Below are positions 13,250 through 26,290 of a stretch of 64,000 bases of DNA, one piece after another. The DNA comes from Lytechinus pictus (Eukaryota), in the NCBI RefSeq assembly GCF_037042905.1, contig NC_087245.1, positions 43,836,001 to 43,900,000 of the forward strand. Direction: 5' to 3'. The notes under the pieces are model-generated. The model saw only the letters and a program-made list of their open reading frames with translations. It had not been told where the DNA came from and did no database searches. The translations under genes were made by a program, and so were the position numbers. Numbering within the stretch: the stretch's first letter is position 1; each line of letters opens with the position of its first letter.

Positions 13250-13817
13250 GAGACAAGTTGTAAGCTTCAGCATGAAACAATTGACTCAATGGCAATGAAA
13301 TCTGCATATCCTTCTCCTTTTTACCATATTTATATTTACAGAAATTGTTCACTTCATCATATTCCAAGTTTGGTTGAAATGTGACTTACGGTTGCGGAGT
13401 TAGACCTTGTCATAAGAGAGTCTTGCATGTAAACTTTAACATTGACCTGAAAATGACCTTTGACCTTACCATGTGACCTCCGACTGCAGCATAACATGCA
13501 GGTCCCCCAAGTCCACCTACCATCCAAGTTTGGTTGAAAAGCAACCTACGGTTGCAGAGTTAGATGTCGTAAGAGAGTCTTGCATAATTAACGTTAAACT
13601 GAAAATGACCTTTGACCTTACCATGTGAACTCAGACTGCAGCATTACATGCAGGTCCCCCAAGTCCATCTACCATCCAAGTTTGGTTGAAAAGCGACTTA
13701 CGGTTGTGGAGTTATGTGTCATTAAGTTTGTGACGGACGGACAACGGACGGACGACAGACGACGGACGACATTTGGATCCCTAAGTCTCGCCTTCACCTC
13801 TGATGGGCGAGACAAAA
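13250..13817 (-). mobile_element. HINE/DINE-1-like element with ~120-150-bp internal tandem repeats
   Basis: Repeated CCAAGTTTGGTTGAAA..TGACCTTTGACC units, GACG microsatellite, terminal hairpin GTCTCGCC..GGCGAGAC followed by an A-run. Confidence 0.6.
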
Positions 13818-15258
13818 ATTAGATTGTGAATTTGATTGCTTGTCAGCTGATGTACATGATGTAACCTGATCATATAGTGTACGTACATAACATTTGTTGC
13901 CATATCTTCTTCATTTGGAGGGTTTTGTACCTGGTTGTGGTGTCTAACCCTTTGTTTATGGGGTCAGGTAGCTACCATGGTAACACTGATCAACAGCCAA
14001 TCAGAATCAAGGATTCCATGCAAGTTACCATTGAATGGCAAAGTTACCATAATGGTAACTTTTATGCAACATGGCCCAGAAAAGCTATGTGTGTAAATGC
14101 CATAATGTAGGGTTGACTAGAATCCATTCTTAATGATATTTACCTCTCTCCGCCCCCCTGATTTAGCATTTTTGATAAAAGATGTCTTCAATTTCTGAGA
14201 CAAATCATGTCTTCTATGTCAGAGGCATCTAATTCTAAACTTAAGAGCTCGTTTCTATGACACTATAGTTTATACAGACCTTGTTATATATCACGGTTGT
14301 CAATGCATGGACATACATGTAACTATGCAGTATGTACATATTATACAGTACATTGTATACTGTATAGCCCATTGGCATTTTTTTTATTTAATAAGATATA
14401 CATGTATTTCACAAATATCGGTAAAACCCAAAGTTAGAGGAATAAAAGCAATATAGCTATATAAAGCTGCTTGCTACTGTTAAACTCGTATCGTCTATTA
14501 AATATCCAAGAATCACATGACGATGAAACCCACTTTCTAGCTGCAAAAAGGCTCTAAAAATTTGTAAATTTAGGTAAAATCACCTCTTAACTCTACAAAT
14601 AATGATTTAAAAGTACTTATTTTAGGAAAAACAAATTGCCTGCCCCCAAAACATATTAATAGACACCAAAACCAGATAAAATGGCCAACAAATAGAAAAT
14701 TTGTGGCCAAAACTGTGATTCTGGGAGGTTTTGGCGGCCATTTTGGATTTTGGCCCGGCACACTTTTTTCTCGGACCCGAGACAAAAAAATATTGTCATT
14801 TCATGTTGAGATACATTAAAATGAATTTAAAAAACTGTTGGCATATCAAAATGACAAAAAAAGTATTTTTGACCCATGTATAGCCCACTCCTAATGGTAT
14901 TATACATACTGTGATCAGTGATCATTCCCTCTGCATTTTAATCTGGAATTTACATGTAAAAAGATATATTCCATGAACAATAAGCTATAGAAGAACCAAA
15001 GACTTTAAATCTAGTTTGTTCATCGATCACTTAAAACCTCAACCCTTTTATTTCTCCCTCTCTATTCCTTCCTTCCTTCCTTTCTTTCAAACGTTATTTC
15101 TTATATTTCTTTCTTTTTTCCTATTTTCTTTCCTTTGCTCTTATTTTCCTTCTTTCTTTCTTCCTACCCCCCCCCCCCCCTCCAGCTACTGTGATTCTTT
15201 TTTTTCTTTTTTTCAGAACAATGCATCTTTAGCATTTACAAAAATGACAAATACTTAC

Positions 15259-15340
15259 ATTTCAGATACTTTGTCAAGAAATGGTGCAGAATGAAACTCC
15301 CATCAGAATCACCTGCTTCTGTCACAAGGTAGCAGTCTCC
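15259..15340 (-). CDS. ELP6: ELP6 coding exon 2 (GDCYLVTEAGDSDGSFILHHFLTKYLK)
   Basis: Acceptor ttttgacag, donor T|gtaagt, 82 nt; DGSFILHHFL matches the ELP6 DGSF(L/I)xHHFL motif. Confidence 0.93.
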
Positions 15341-15642
15341 CTGTCAAAATCCAGATGAATAGTATGTTGTTAAATATATCCTCCAAATAAAACTACATGA
15401 AACTACATTATAATAACATAATTGGAAAAAGAAAAAGGCAATGAATAAAATTATTTGAATACAATAAAAAAATTCTCAGAAGAAAGGAGAGTCACTGGCC
15501 CATAAGAATACCAAAAGCATACATGTACCACTCTGCAGTGTAATGCCACATTATTGAGGTCATGGTATACAAGTCAGACAAGGCTGAAATCATTTTATAC
15601 TGTTTGATAGATCCCACCATTATCCAATCCACTATGCCTCAA

Positions 15643-16050
15643 GGCGACCGCAAACCTTACGATTGGTGTGCGACCCGATTTCAGAATAAATGTAGAATTT
15701 TATGCTAATATTGAGACTTGGAATAGCTTTCTGTGTAATGTTCTAAATCATTGTACGAATACCATGTTCAAATCTGTGACTATGCTATCATCCTTCTTAG
15801 AATAAAAGCGAATTTAATATCTAGTCGTAATGACGTCATAGCAGTCGTACAATTGGCTACGATTTGAAACTAATTTGGCCTTTACTCCAAAATAAAGGCT
15901 TGCAATCTTTCAAAATGGTTATATTTGTATTCTTTCAATCAATTTTTACCTCAAATAAAATGATATGTTCCATTCACATTTTCAGAAAATTAGCAAAATG
16001 CGATTTGTTCCAAAATCAGATCGCGAACAGTCGTAAGGTGTGCGGTGGCC
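15643..16050. mobile_element. PIF/Harbinger-like MITE
   Basis: TIR GGCGACCGCAAACCTTACGA vs GGCCACCGCACACCTTACGA. Confidence 0.7.
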
Positions 16051-16156
16051 TTAAGCTCAACAACCTTGTTAAAGTGGACCCATATACATTCAAATATCAT
16101 GAATGCATACCTCTAATAAACGAAGTTGTTCTTGACAACTTGAAAGCTAGCCATAT

Positions 16157-16631
16157 GTGACCTGCCACCCCCAAACCAACAATAAGTCGACCAAAATGAA
16201 AATTTATATTTTAATTAGCTTGAAAATTAATTTCCTAAGCTTTAAAATGATATATAAATATGTTGAAATTGACTAACAGTAGCCATCACAAGTACTTGAT
16301 TGAATGCAGAGGAAAATCAGCAAGAGCTTAAACCATAAGGAGAAAACAAGGTTTGAAGTTTGAGGTTCACTCAAGCCTGAGAATGCATACATGTACTGTG
16401 TAATCTCAATGAAACTTCCAAGCAGTCCGAAAAAGTAGTGTCCAAGAAACTCATATCTTTCCTTGTATCTTTTATTTAACTTGAAGACTTCAAATTTTCG
16501 CAGTATGAAGAAGAAGAATTGCTCTTTCAGATAAGCTATTTTTTGTTTTGGGTTTTTAGAGACTAAATTACTATTTTGGCTATTTACATAAAACTTACCT
16601 GGTGACTTATTGGTGGTTTGGGGTAGGTCAT
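16157..16631. mobile_element. Unclassified TIR MITE
   Basis: TGTGACCTGCC..CCCAAACCAACAATAAGTC ... GACTTATTGGTGGTTTGGGGTAGGTCATA. Confidence 0.6.
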
Positions 16632-17382
16632 ATTAGTCAGCGGCCTTAGCAAAATTTTGGGGACAGAATTTACAAACGCAACATTTTTTGCATGTGCGTC
16701 CCCGATATCAAAAGCATTAATTCTAGATGCGGTCCCCCGATATCTCGACATAATTTATTGAACTGTTAAAATCACAATTATTTTTCGTCATGTGTCACTG
16801 GTACCAAAAGCATGAATTCTTGATAGAATGCCTTGATATCAGCGAGTGGAATCATATTTCATAGAGTTACAATGTAATTTATGTAAATTTATGCAATTCA
16901 TACTATTAACCGTTCATTACTGTATATTACAGACTGAACTTTTCTTGAAGCCTATTTTTTTTCTACATGGAATTTATTTTGATGGCACATCAAATCTAGA
17001 TTGATTTCCATAAAATTTTTAGTGTTAATTAATGCAAATTTATGCAAAATTTCAGCAATTTTTTGTAAGACATATGAACTATTATCAGATTTTGATGTTT
17101 AGAATCAAGGGACCAGCACAACACCATGTGTATGAGACACTGTTACACAATATTCATTTTGGTGACTTTCCATGCCATCAGAGGAGGTAATCATGTTTAT
17201 GCAAATATATAAATCGTGTGCATATCTGTTCACAATAAAAAAATTATATGGAATTAATAAACCGGTTGTTTAATCATTTTGTACAAAGCAATTCAAGAGG
17301 TCAGATTTCTTTCCCAAGTAGAGTTTTCCCCTGTCAGAAAGAGGAGGGTATATGGATGGTTTTCATGTCGTAAAAAAGTTGT

Positions 17383-17918
17383 CTTCTTCTTCTTCTTCTG
17401 TGTAGTCTGCTTCCTTCAATCCTGAAGATTCTTGCAGAACTTGGTAAAGTGTGAAGTGTGTGTCACAAGGGTAAAGTGCATGTGCCGAATATATACATGG
17501 TGCCAGTAAAAACAGGTATGGATCTAGCTGTTGTTGCCTTTCGTCAGTTGCTGGCGAAAGGCTTCGGTTGATGGTGCAGTCACAACGTTTACTGGGAGAG
17601 TGTTCCACATCTTGATGGTTCTGGGGAACAAGGAGCATTGATGTTGTTGGGTCCGTGATTGTGGCATAAGATATCCTTGAGTGTGAACAGCTCTTGTTGA
17701 TCTAGTACATTTGGTGATGTATGCATCAGAGTTGAATGGGACAAGCTCGCTGTGGATCTTGTAGAACATCACAAGGCGAGAGATTTCTCGTCATTGTTGA
17801 AGGGATGTCCATCCTAGCTCCTGCAGCATCAATGACACACTTGATGTATTGTGATATTGATTCAGTTTGAATCTAGCTGCTCTGCATTGGATCATTTCAA
17901 GCTTGTAGCTGTTCTTAT
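17383..17918 (-). mobile_element. 5'-truncated non-LTR retrotransposon 3' end (CR1/L2/RTE-X-like)
   Basis: Minus-strand peptides KLEMIQCRAARF, MFYKIH and SLFPRTIKMWNTLP, then 3' UTR and (GAA)n tail. Confidence 0.8.
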
Positions 17919-20830
17919 CTCCCCGGAGACCAGCTGATGAAGATTGGTGTATAATTCACCAGGTAGTAGATCCTCCCTGTTACCGCACAGAGATTCTGAA
18001 AATGGCTCATGAGTTATCTATGGCAGGTCATGTTGGTATTCGGAAGACAGAAGATAGAATTATGAGGCATTTCTATTGGCCTAAGATGCACAAGCATGTG
18101 GTGCATTTCTGTAAGACATGTCATACATGTCAGATTATTGGTAAGGCACAGCCTTCTATCAAGCCTGTTCCATTGATACCCATTCCTGCATTTGATGAAC
18201 CTTTTACTAGGGTTCTTGTTGATTGTGTTGGACCCTTTATACCCAGAACGATATCGGGTCACACAGTTCTCCTAACGATTATGGACGTGTCTACACGTTG
18301 TCCAGAGGCGATACCCTTGAGGAGTATCACTGCAAAGACAGTGGTACAGGCGTTTGTGCAGTTTTTCACACGGTATGGTCTGCCTAAAGAAATTCAGTCT
18401 GACCAAGGGTCAAATTTCATGTCAGGAATATTTCAGCAAGTTATGAAGGAGTCGGGAATAAAGTAGATCAAGTCCTCTGCTTATCACCCACAGACCCAAG
18501 GAGCGTTAGAACACTATCATCAGACCCTGAAGACCATGATTAGGGCTTATAGTGAAGACTATCCCAATGACTGGGATAAAGGGATCTCATTCCTACTGTT
18601 TGCAACTAGGGATTCCCCTGTGGGTGAGTCCACAGGTTTCAGTCCATTTGAATTGGTCTATGGTCATAATGTTAGGGGGACCCTAAAGCTTATCAAAGAG
18701 AGGTTTATGGTTCAGGATGATGATGTAAACCTTCTAGACTATGTGTCAAAGTTTAGAGAATGGCTCTCAAAAGCTTGTGATGTGGCTAAGGAACACTTAA
18801 GTGTCCCAGGGAAAAATGAAAGCTCAAGCTGACAAAAATGCAAAAGAGCGAAGTTTCAAGCCTTGAGACAAAGTGTTAGTCTTGTTGCCTTTGCAAGGTG
18901 AGCCCTTGACAGCTAGGTTTAGTGGTCCCTACATAGTCAAAAAGAAACTGAATGATGTCAACTATGTGATCAGTACCCCTGATCGAAGAAATTCTCAAAG
19001 AGTTTGTCATGTAAACATGTTGAAAGAATACTTTGAGCGAGAGGCTAGTCAGCCAATAGGTTTAACACAGGTCAAAGAAGAAAAACATGTAGATCAATGT
19101 ACAGGAAGATGAATGCTATGGAAAAACAGATGATGAATTGTCTTATACATATGTATCTAAGAACGAACCATGTGGTGTAAAGCTGTCTAACTCAGAGATG
19201 TTAGGAACTATGGATGAGGCATTAAAACACCTGCCAGAAGATCAGAGAAATTATATATCTGGCCTGTTAAGAGAATATGAAAATGTGTGTAAAGACAAAC
19301 CAGGGCGTATGTCTTTAATTGTACATGATGTAGACGTAGGTGATGTAAGACCTATCAAACAGAATCCTTATAAGCTCAATCCAAGCAAGTTGGAAATGGT
19401 GAATAAGGAAATACTGTTTATGTTAGATAATGACATAATCGAACCAAGTCAGAGTAGTTGGAATTCTCCTATTGTAATGGTTCCAAAGCCAGACGGCTCT
19501 CAGAGATTTTGCATTGATTACCGAAAGGTAAATGCAGTATTTAAGACTGACTCGTATCCAATTCCTAGGTTAGAAGATTGTATTGATAAAGTTGGAAATT
19601 CTGCCTATATCATGAAAATAGACTTGCTTAAAGGATATTGGCAAGTGCCACTGACTGACCGAGCCAAAGAGATATCAGCCTTTGTTACACCTGTAGGCTT
19701 ATTTCAATGCAAAGTCATGCCTTTTGGAATGAAAATGCACCAGCAACCTTCCAAAGGTTAACAAATCAAGTGATTGCTGGACTTGACAATTGTCGTTACA
19801 TAGCAACATCCTAGTGTACAGTGATACTTGGAATGATCATCTTGATCATTTGAGAGCACTGTTTGACAGGCTGGATAAAGCCAACCTAGTAGTGAATCTG
19901 ATGAAGATTGAATTTGCCAAGCCAAAGGTCACATATCTTGGTCATGTGGTTGGTCAGGGGCATGTGCTACCAAGAGAAGCCAAGATACAAGCTACTGTAT
20001 CTTAGAGAATTTCCCAATTCCCACAACTAAGAAAGAATTCCTCAGATTCTAGGTATGAGTGGCTTCTACAGGAAATTTGTTCCAAATTACAGTACAGTGG
20101 TTAGTCCTCTGACAAACCTGCTGAAGGCAAAAATGAAGTATGTTTTGTCTGACGAATGTCAGAGATCATTTGAGAAATTAAAGGCCATTTTGGTAAATGA
20201 GCCTGTTTTGGCAGCTCCAAACTTCACAAAGCCATTCAAAGTAGCTATTGATGCATGTGATGTTGGGGTAGGAGCAGTATTGCTCCAAGAAGATGAAGAA
20301 GGCATCAAAAAATCAGTGTGCTAAGAACTTCTCTAGGAAACTCAACCAGTTTCAGAAGAAGTACTCAACTATTGAAAAAGAGGCAATGAGTCTCATACTT
20401 GTCCTTCAGCAGTTTGAGGTGTATCTAACCAATGGAAAGATTACAGTCTATACAGATCACCATCCTCTTGTGTTTTTGGAGAAATTCAAAACAAAGAATC
20501 AACGACTGTATAGATGGAGCCTTATGCTCCAAACATTCCCATTGAAAGTTGTACAGATAAAAGGAAAGAATAATGTAATTACTGATGCTCTTTCTAGAGT
20601 ATAGAAAGTGATATTATTTATGCTTTTGACCAAGTGTGTCATTAGAAGAAAATGTCTTTGATGTTCATTTATTTAAACATGTTTGTTATAGTACTATACC
20701 GTTGTACACGATAAATGTAAATGATTTATCAAGATGACATTGAAAAGTTAAAGAAAAAAAAGTAATCTTAAAGAAACCTTTACTACGGTAAAGCTTTCTT
20801 TTCCCTGGTGGGGGAGGTGTTGAAGAAGAA
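17919..20830 (+). mobile_element. Ty3/gypsy Gmr1-like LTR retrotransposon remnant (integrase-RT-RNaseH), inactivated
   Basis: HHCC finger (AHE..GHVG..CKTCHTCQ), DDE core (VDCVGP, SDQGSNF), GPY motif, then RT (RFCIDYRKVN, DLLKGYWQVP, MPFG) and RNase H (DACDVGVGAVL, YSTIEKE, TDHHPL); stops and frameshifts, YxDD lost; PPT GGTGGGGGAGG then TG at 20818. Confidence 0.93.
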
Positions 20831-21619
20831 TTGTAAGAGCAATTACATTCATTTATTTAGTTATTTTCTCTTTAAGCATATATTCAAAGCACAGAAAAAT
20901 TAAGGGCATTTTCACGGTAACTGACATTACACGGCACAATGTTTTCACACCTTTCATTGTGTGTATCTCTAAAACAACAAATGACGGGAGTTTGCTTTTG
21001 AGAGTTAATAAAGTGAACCTTGCTGTATACTCTGATACTAGGTTTTCCTATGTAACCACATTATTTTACGATTCAGCAAGCAAAAATGTGTCGGTAACTG
21101 ACATTACGCAAAAGGACATGCAATTTCAGGGTGTTCATTAAAATTGAAATATCTCATGTCCCTGAGTAGATAGAGTAATAATTTGAATATGTAAATATAC
21201 CTCCGTTAGTAGTTTAAGATGTGTCAAAATATTAAACAATTCGTTTTTGTCTTTTGGGGGCTATGATAATTTTTCCACAACCATGCTGGTAACTGACATT
21301 ATGGTAACTGACATTACACTTTATTTGCCATACATGGAAGTCAAATGTGTGGAATCATTGCATTGTATCTTCTGTGCAGGGCTTCACATGAAAGTGAGCT
21401 TGATGTGGAAGTATACCCGAGTTTCTAGGAACATTTCAATGAAAACAAATTTTTCTTAATTCCTTTCTTTGATTTGAACATTTTTATCATTACTTGTCGG
21501 TAACTGACAATACACATTAACATTTACCAGTGCTATATGATTTTCAAAGGCATAATTTTCTTGGTACTTATATGTAAGGCTTTTTAAAATCATAAAGTTT
21601 CATAATACTTCATAATACT

Positions 21620-22540
21620 TTCATACCACATCTCCTCCAAATTTAGAAACACAGAGTCCTTCCCAATGCTCTCAACCACAAGTAGCACTAGCGATAGTAT
21701 TTTGATGTGTAATGAGTTGGTAAGGGATCTTGGGGTGACAATTGACAAGAATCTCACATTTCAACAGCATGTTAAGAATATTTGTAAGTCTGCCTCCTTT
21801 GGTATTTTTAAGATTGGAAAAATGAGGAGGCTACTCGACCAACCCACAACTGCTAAACTTACCTATGCTTTTGTATCTTCCCACATTGATTACTGCAATT
21901 CTGCTCTTTCTGGTATCCCACTGTCACATTTACGCCCACTTCAAAGAATTCAAAATAGTGCTGCAAGGCTTGTTACTCTTTCAAGAAAATCTGAACATGT
22001 TACACCTATTCTGAAATCACTTCATTGGCTTCCAATACGCCAACGTATCATTTTCAAAGTTCTTCTCATGACGTATAAAATAATCAATGGCCTAGCTCCT
22101 GAATACCTCTCTAATCTCATTTCTCTCCGCTCTTCTAGCTCACTCAGACCACTTCGTTCTTCAACAACCTTGCAGCTTACTTTAGGACCACGTACAAATA
22201 CCAGTTATGGGGATCGAGCCTTTTCCGTTTTCGCTCCAATCCAGTGGAATAAATTACCATCTTACATCCATAATGCCAACTCCCTTGATCAATTTAAGAC
22301 CTTGCTAAAGACCCACCTTTTTAATGTATAGGTATCAGTTGTGGGTTGGTCTATATTGAGGTGCACATCTTAGTTGCATTTTTTTGTTTAAAATTTTGCT
22401 TTGAATATATCAAGTTTTTTTTTTTTTTTCTTTTCTTTTTTTTTCCCGGTAATTTAGTTGATAGGCAGAAAACTGAGCGCTTAGAAACACCTGTATTAAG
22501 CGCCCTACAAATGTTATAATTATTATTATTATTATTATAA
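21620..22540 (+). mobile_element. 5'-truncated L2-clade LINE (ORF2 C-terminus, ORF 21666..22331)
   Basis: VRDLGV, DYCNS, LQRIQNSAARL, HVTPILKSLHWLP, GDRAFS, WNKLP, FKTLLKTHLF; 3' GAGCGCTT..AAGCGC stem-loop and (TAT)n tail. Confidence 0.92.
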
Positions 22541-23652
22541 TACTTCACATTTTTAATTATCAAAAGATAAGAAATGTATGTTTTACTTACTCGGGGGGGG
22601 GGGGGATTGGGGTCATAGCAGCTACATGTTTTCCTATAGTAATTTAATATTGCATTGACTGTACACATGGATTTTTCTGACTATACACCCATAATATATT
22701 CATCAGTTTTATATTGACTTTTTAAACCTTTTCCTTCTCCAACCTCTCCCTCCCCTCAAAAAAGGCAAAATGAATAAGGGTCTCCTCCCCTTAGGCTACA
22801 CTACCCCTCCCCCGAATCTCATGCAGCCATGTAGTTTTTATTTCTATTCTGGTCAGTGCAAGCAATGCTTGTTCATAACTGTTGGATTTCAATTCTCTTC
22901 ATAATTTGTTTAATCATTTTCTTTGCTAATTTCTTTTTTAAGCTGTCAACAAAAAATAAACTCCAGCTTCTAAACTGAACTATTTGTAAATTAGAAAAAA
23001 AAAACAGTTTTAGTAGATCCATGCAACATTGATCAGAACTGTCAAATTTCACTTTTCATCTATACTTGTAAACCAAAAACAAAATTGTATCACACATCCA
23101 CACTACTAACAGGTATAAAAACCAGGAAATGAACGGCGGTGAACAAGGATAATGCCAAAAATACTAGTCACTGGATCATATCCAAAGATTCCTAATATTA
23201 TGCTTAGACACGGGAAACAGGTAGGAGCTTATTTTTATCCAGCTCTGTGGTCGCCACTGTTCAGTGGGTAGCGTTCTTTTATTCAGCAAAAGAGGGCGTG
23301 TTGACGTACTTACGTACATTAGGAGACTATGGGCCAGACGAGAATTATAAAAAATTCCTGATGATTTTACACGATTTTGAAATCAATTTTACAATCAAGG
23401 ACGATATTTCACTCATTGGACATTGGAATCCTGTTTAAGTAGAACCAAAATCTATGTTTGGGTCAACAGAAGAATTGGTAAGTCCGACTCTTTTACTTCT
23501 TGTGCGTTCCTACTGAAAAAATAGACTGGAAGCGGCACTGGTCTCAGAACAGTCCCACCCTGTACCTTTCCCTGTATGGCGAATGGTCGGGGATAAGGAG
23601 TGATGGCACTCCGAGTACCAATGAGGTCCAAACATTAACATGTACATGTATG

Positions 23653-23850
23653 GAGTGGCAGTTTCCTGACATCAAGGCACAGACTGGAACCTCAAAAAAC
23701 GAAAATTTCTCTCCTTCTACCCCAGTCTTGATCGGCCATTTTGTTATGATTCATAACAAAAATGGCCGATCGAGACTGGGGTAGAAGGAGAGAACTTTTC
23801 TGGCTTTTTTAGGTTCCAGTCTGTGCCTCGATGTCAGGAAACTGCCACTC
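23653..23850. mobile_element. ~200-bp palindromic MITE
   Basis: GAGTGGCAGTTTCCTGACATC... and ...GATGTCAGGAAACTGCCACTC arms meeting near 23750. Confidence 0.8.
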
Positions 23851-25295
23851 GTTAGACCTTCATCCATATAATCGTGGTAAGTGCATAATTTCTGTTTTCA
23901 CAATTCATTTGGAGAAATATTTAGACCATAAAACACGCTAGTCCCGTGAGTATGGTCAAATACACGGTAAGCCCCTGGGCTCCCGCCCGCTGCGCGTGCG
24001 GGAGCTCCCTGGGTTTGGTAAAAATAAGCCTCCAAATGAAGTAGGTATGGCTAAACATTTGATGTACGTGGGCAGGTCCAAGCTATTTGACTTATGACGT
24101 ACGGTACATTTAGAGACTTTAAAGTTGTATAACATAAAAAATAAATGCACAACAGAGAATCTTTTATTGATTTTGGAAGGCCAGTTGTGCCCTCTTTATT
24201 CAGTAAAAAATTATTGATCTACACCATTAACGATGTAATATTGAAATTATTACGCGCTGTGATGTACGGGACCAGAAAAAAGCTGATTTTTTTTTTTTAA
24301 GTTTGTCATTCAAACTCTGTGAATTGGTAAACTATAGTATAGTATAAGCTGGAAATCTCTCATTATCATGTTTTCATCTTGTAATTTGTATCTTATCAAG
24401 TTTCATTAGCCATGAATGAATATAAATTATAATTAGCAGCACAACGCTGCCGCCAGAAGGACGACCACTGACAATCAATTTAATAAAAATTAACTTAAAT
24501 TTTTATTCACTTAATTATTTTTGTCCACGCGCATGCGTACTCTTATTCCGGAGACACAAGTCATGAATATTCATTTTGGCTTCCACAACTGGGGTGGGAA
24601 AAATAATTTCGCAGGCGGGGCCGGGGACTAGACCAAAAGCTTCGGTCTCTGTTATGTTGGTTGTTCAGCTGAACTCCGTTGGCTTCACTCACCAAATACA
24701 GAGACCGAAGTTCTAGTGCGATCTGTACAGGGGACTCAATTGCCATATGTTTATGTGTACTATTAAGTTCGGATAAAACAGGGCAGTGAAGTTGCGCGAC
24801 TGCCGAGGTAAGTCACTGTTTTTGTTCCTTTTTACTTGATTTTCCCCGTTTTTTGGCAATTAATGCCAAGAGGGAATATTAATTTGCATCTCGGTCGCAT
24901 TGATTAATTTTCAAAAGTTTGATTCATTATAAAGACAAAAATTGAAGAGCCCCGACGGGGGGATTTTGCATTGTTACAATTGTAAGTCCCCTAATGGTGG
25001 CTGCACGATAGCGAGCCGTCTGTGTATGACTATGAGGAGAAATTTAAAAAATAAAAAAATGTTAAAAAACTCCTCGAAACAGACGGCTGCCAGCTGTCTA
25101 CCGGGGACGAGAGCTAGAGTTAGGGCGCTGACGGCGGCGGAAAATGCGCTCTCTGCATCTGCCACTGCTAACCCAGGGAGCTCCCGCAGGCCTGCGAAAT
25201 GGGCGGGGGCTCCCTGGGTTATGCCACTGCCAGCTGCTGCGAGTATAAAATATTCGGCGAGGTGTTTGTTAATTATAATATGAAGATGAACTCAC

Positions 25296-25349
25296 CTCAT
25301 CGTTGTCTGATTCGGTGCTCAAGATATGGGTATTTAAATCAGTAAACAT
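25296..25349 (-). CDS. ELP6: Elongator complex protein 6, coding exon 1 (MFTDLNTHILSTESDNDE)
   Basis: ATG at 25349, 54 nt, donor GAG|gtgagt; N-terminus resembles metazoan ELP6 (MFxxLN); in frame with the next exons. Confidence 0.88.
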
Positions 25350-25683
25350 CCTTGATGATAAGTTGGTTAATTTGAGGTAACTTTACAGCTTGGCATTCAA
25401 AGTTTGCCTATCCTAATCCAGTATAGCAGGAGCACTTGGTGACTGGTCAAATCATACGTAAACACGGTTTTCTCCGAATCGAACAGAGCGCTATAGCTAT
25501 AGCCGCGGAGCTGGCGGCCTCGCCCGGCCTCCGAGCTCCCTGGCGCTGGCCTGAGGAACTGAAACGAGAGGGGGGTGTGCTCGAGATAAAAATAAAAAAA
25601 GGAAAAAAGATATCTTTTTCATTCCTTGAACCTAAGACTAATACACGCTACTCTATAAGTCCATAGTTCGACCTGCTTTGGAG

Positions 25684-25852
25684 CAGGGGCCGCGGAACGG
25701 TTTTCAAAGTGGGGGGGGGGGGGGGGGGGGCTGACCATGCAAAAAATCACAATCGTATGGTAATTTTTGCGTTTTTGTACACGGTTTTGGAAAAAAGTGG
25801 GGGGGGGGGGGGCTTAAGCCCCCCCAGCCCCCCCCCGGTTCTGCGGCCCCTG
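25684..25852. mobile_element. Short hAT-like MITE with 5-bp TSD, ~330 bp upstream of the ELP6 ATG
   Basis: TGGAG|CAGGGGCCGCGGAAC ... GTTCTGCGGCCCCTG|TGGAG. Confidence 0.75.
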
Positions 25853-26290
25853 TGGAGTATTGTTCACAGAATTGGCATCCACGTACCGTATAAAGAAGGA
25901 TAAGGCGAAACTCGAAAGAGTCCAAAGAAGAGCTACAAAAGCAGTTCCGAGTCTACAGGTCCAGTTAAAGCCGGGAGTTAAAGTTACCTTCATTATCTTG
26001 CCGACGTCATCACGGAGCAGCTCTTATCCAAGTGTTCCGAATAATTCAAGGGACTGGCAATGATCTTGAGACTTCAAAAATCTTCAAATTCAATGAAGAT
26101 TTCAGAACTGGAGGACATATATATATATAAGATAGAGAAACCCATAGCAAATACTCGAAAAAGAAAAATTATTTCTCAAATCGAGTAGTATCTGAGTGGA
26201 ATAACTTGCCAAATCAAGTAGTGAGAGCACTTCCATATATAAACTCAAGTCAAACTAGAAAACAAAACTTGGGAGCTCAAAAAGAAAAAT
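25853..26290 (+). mobile_element. Degenerate CR1-like LINE fragment
   Basis: LERVQRRATK and, further on, FSNRVVSEWNNLP-like sequence. Confidence 0.7.
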
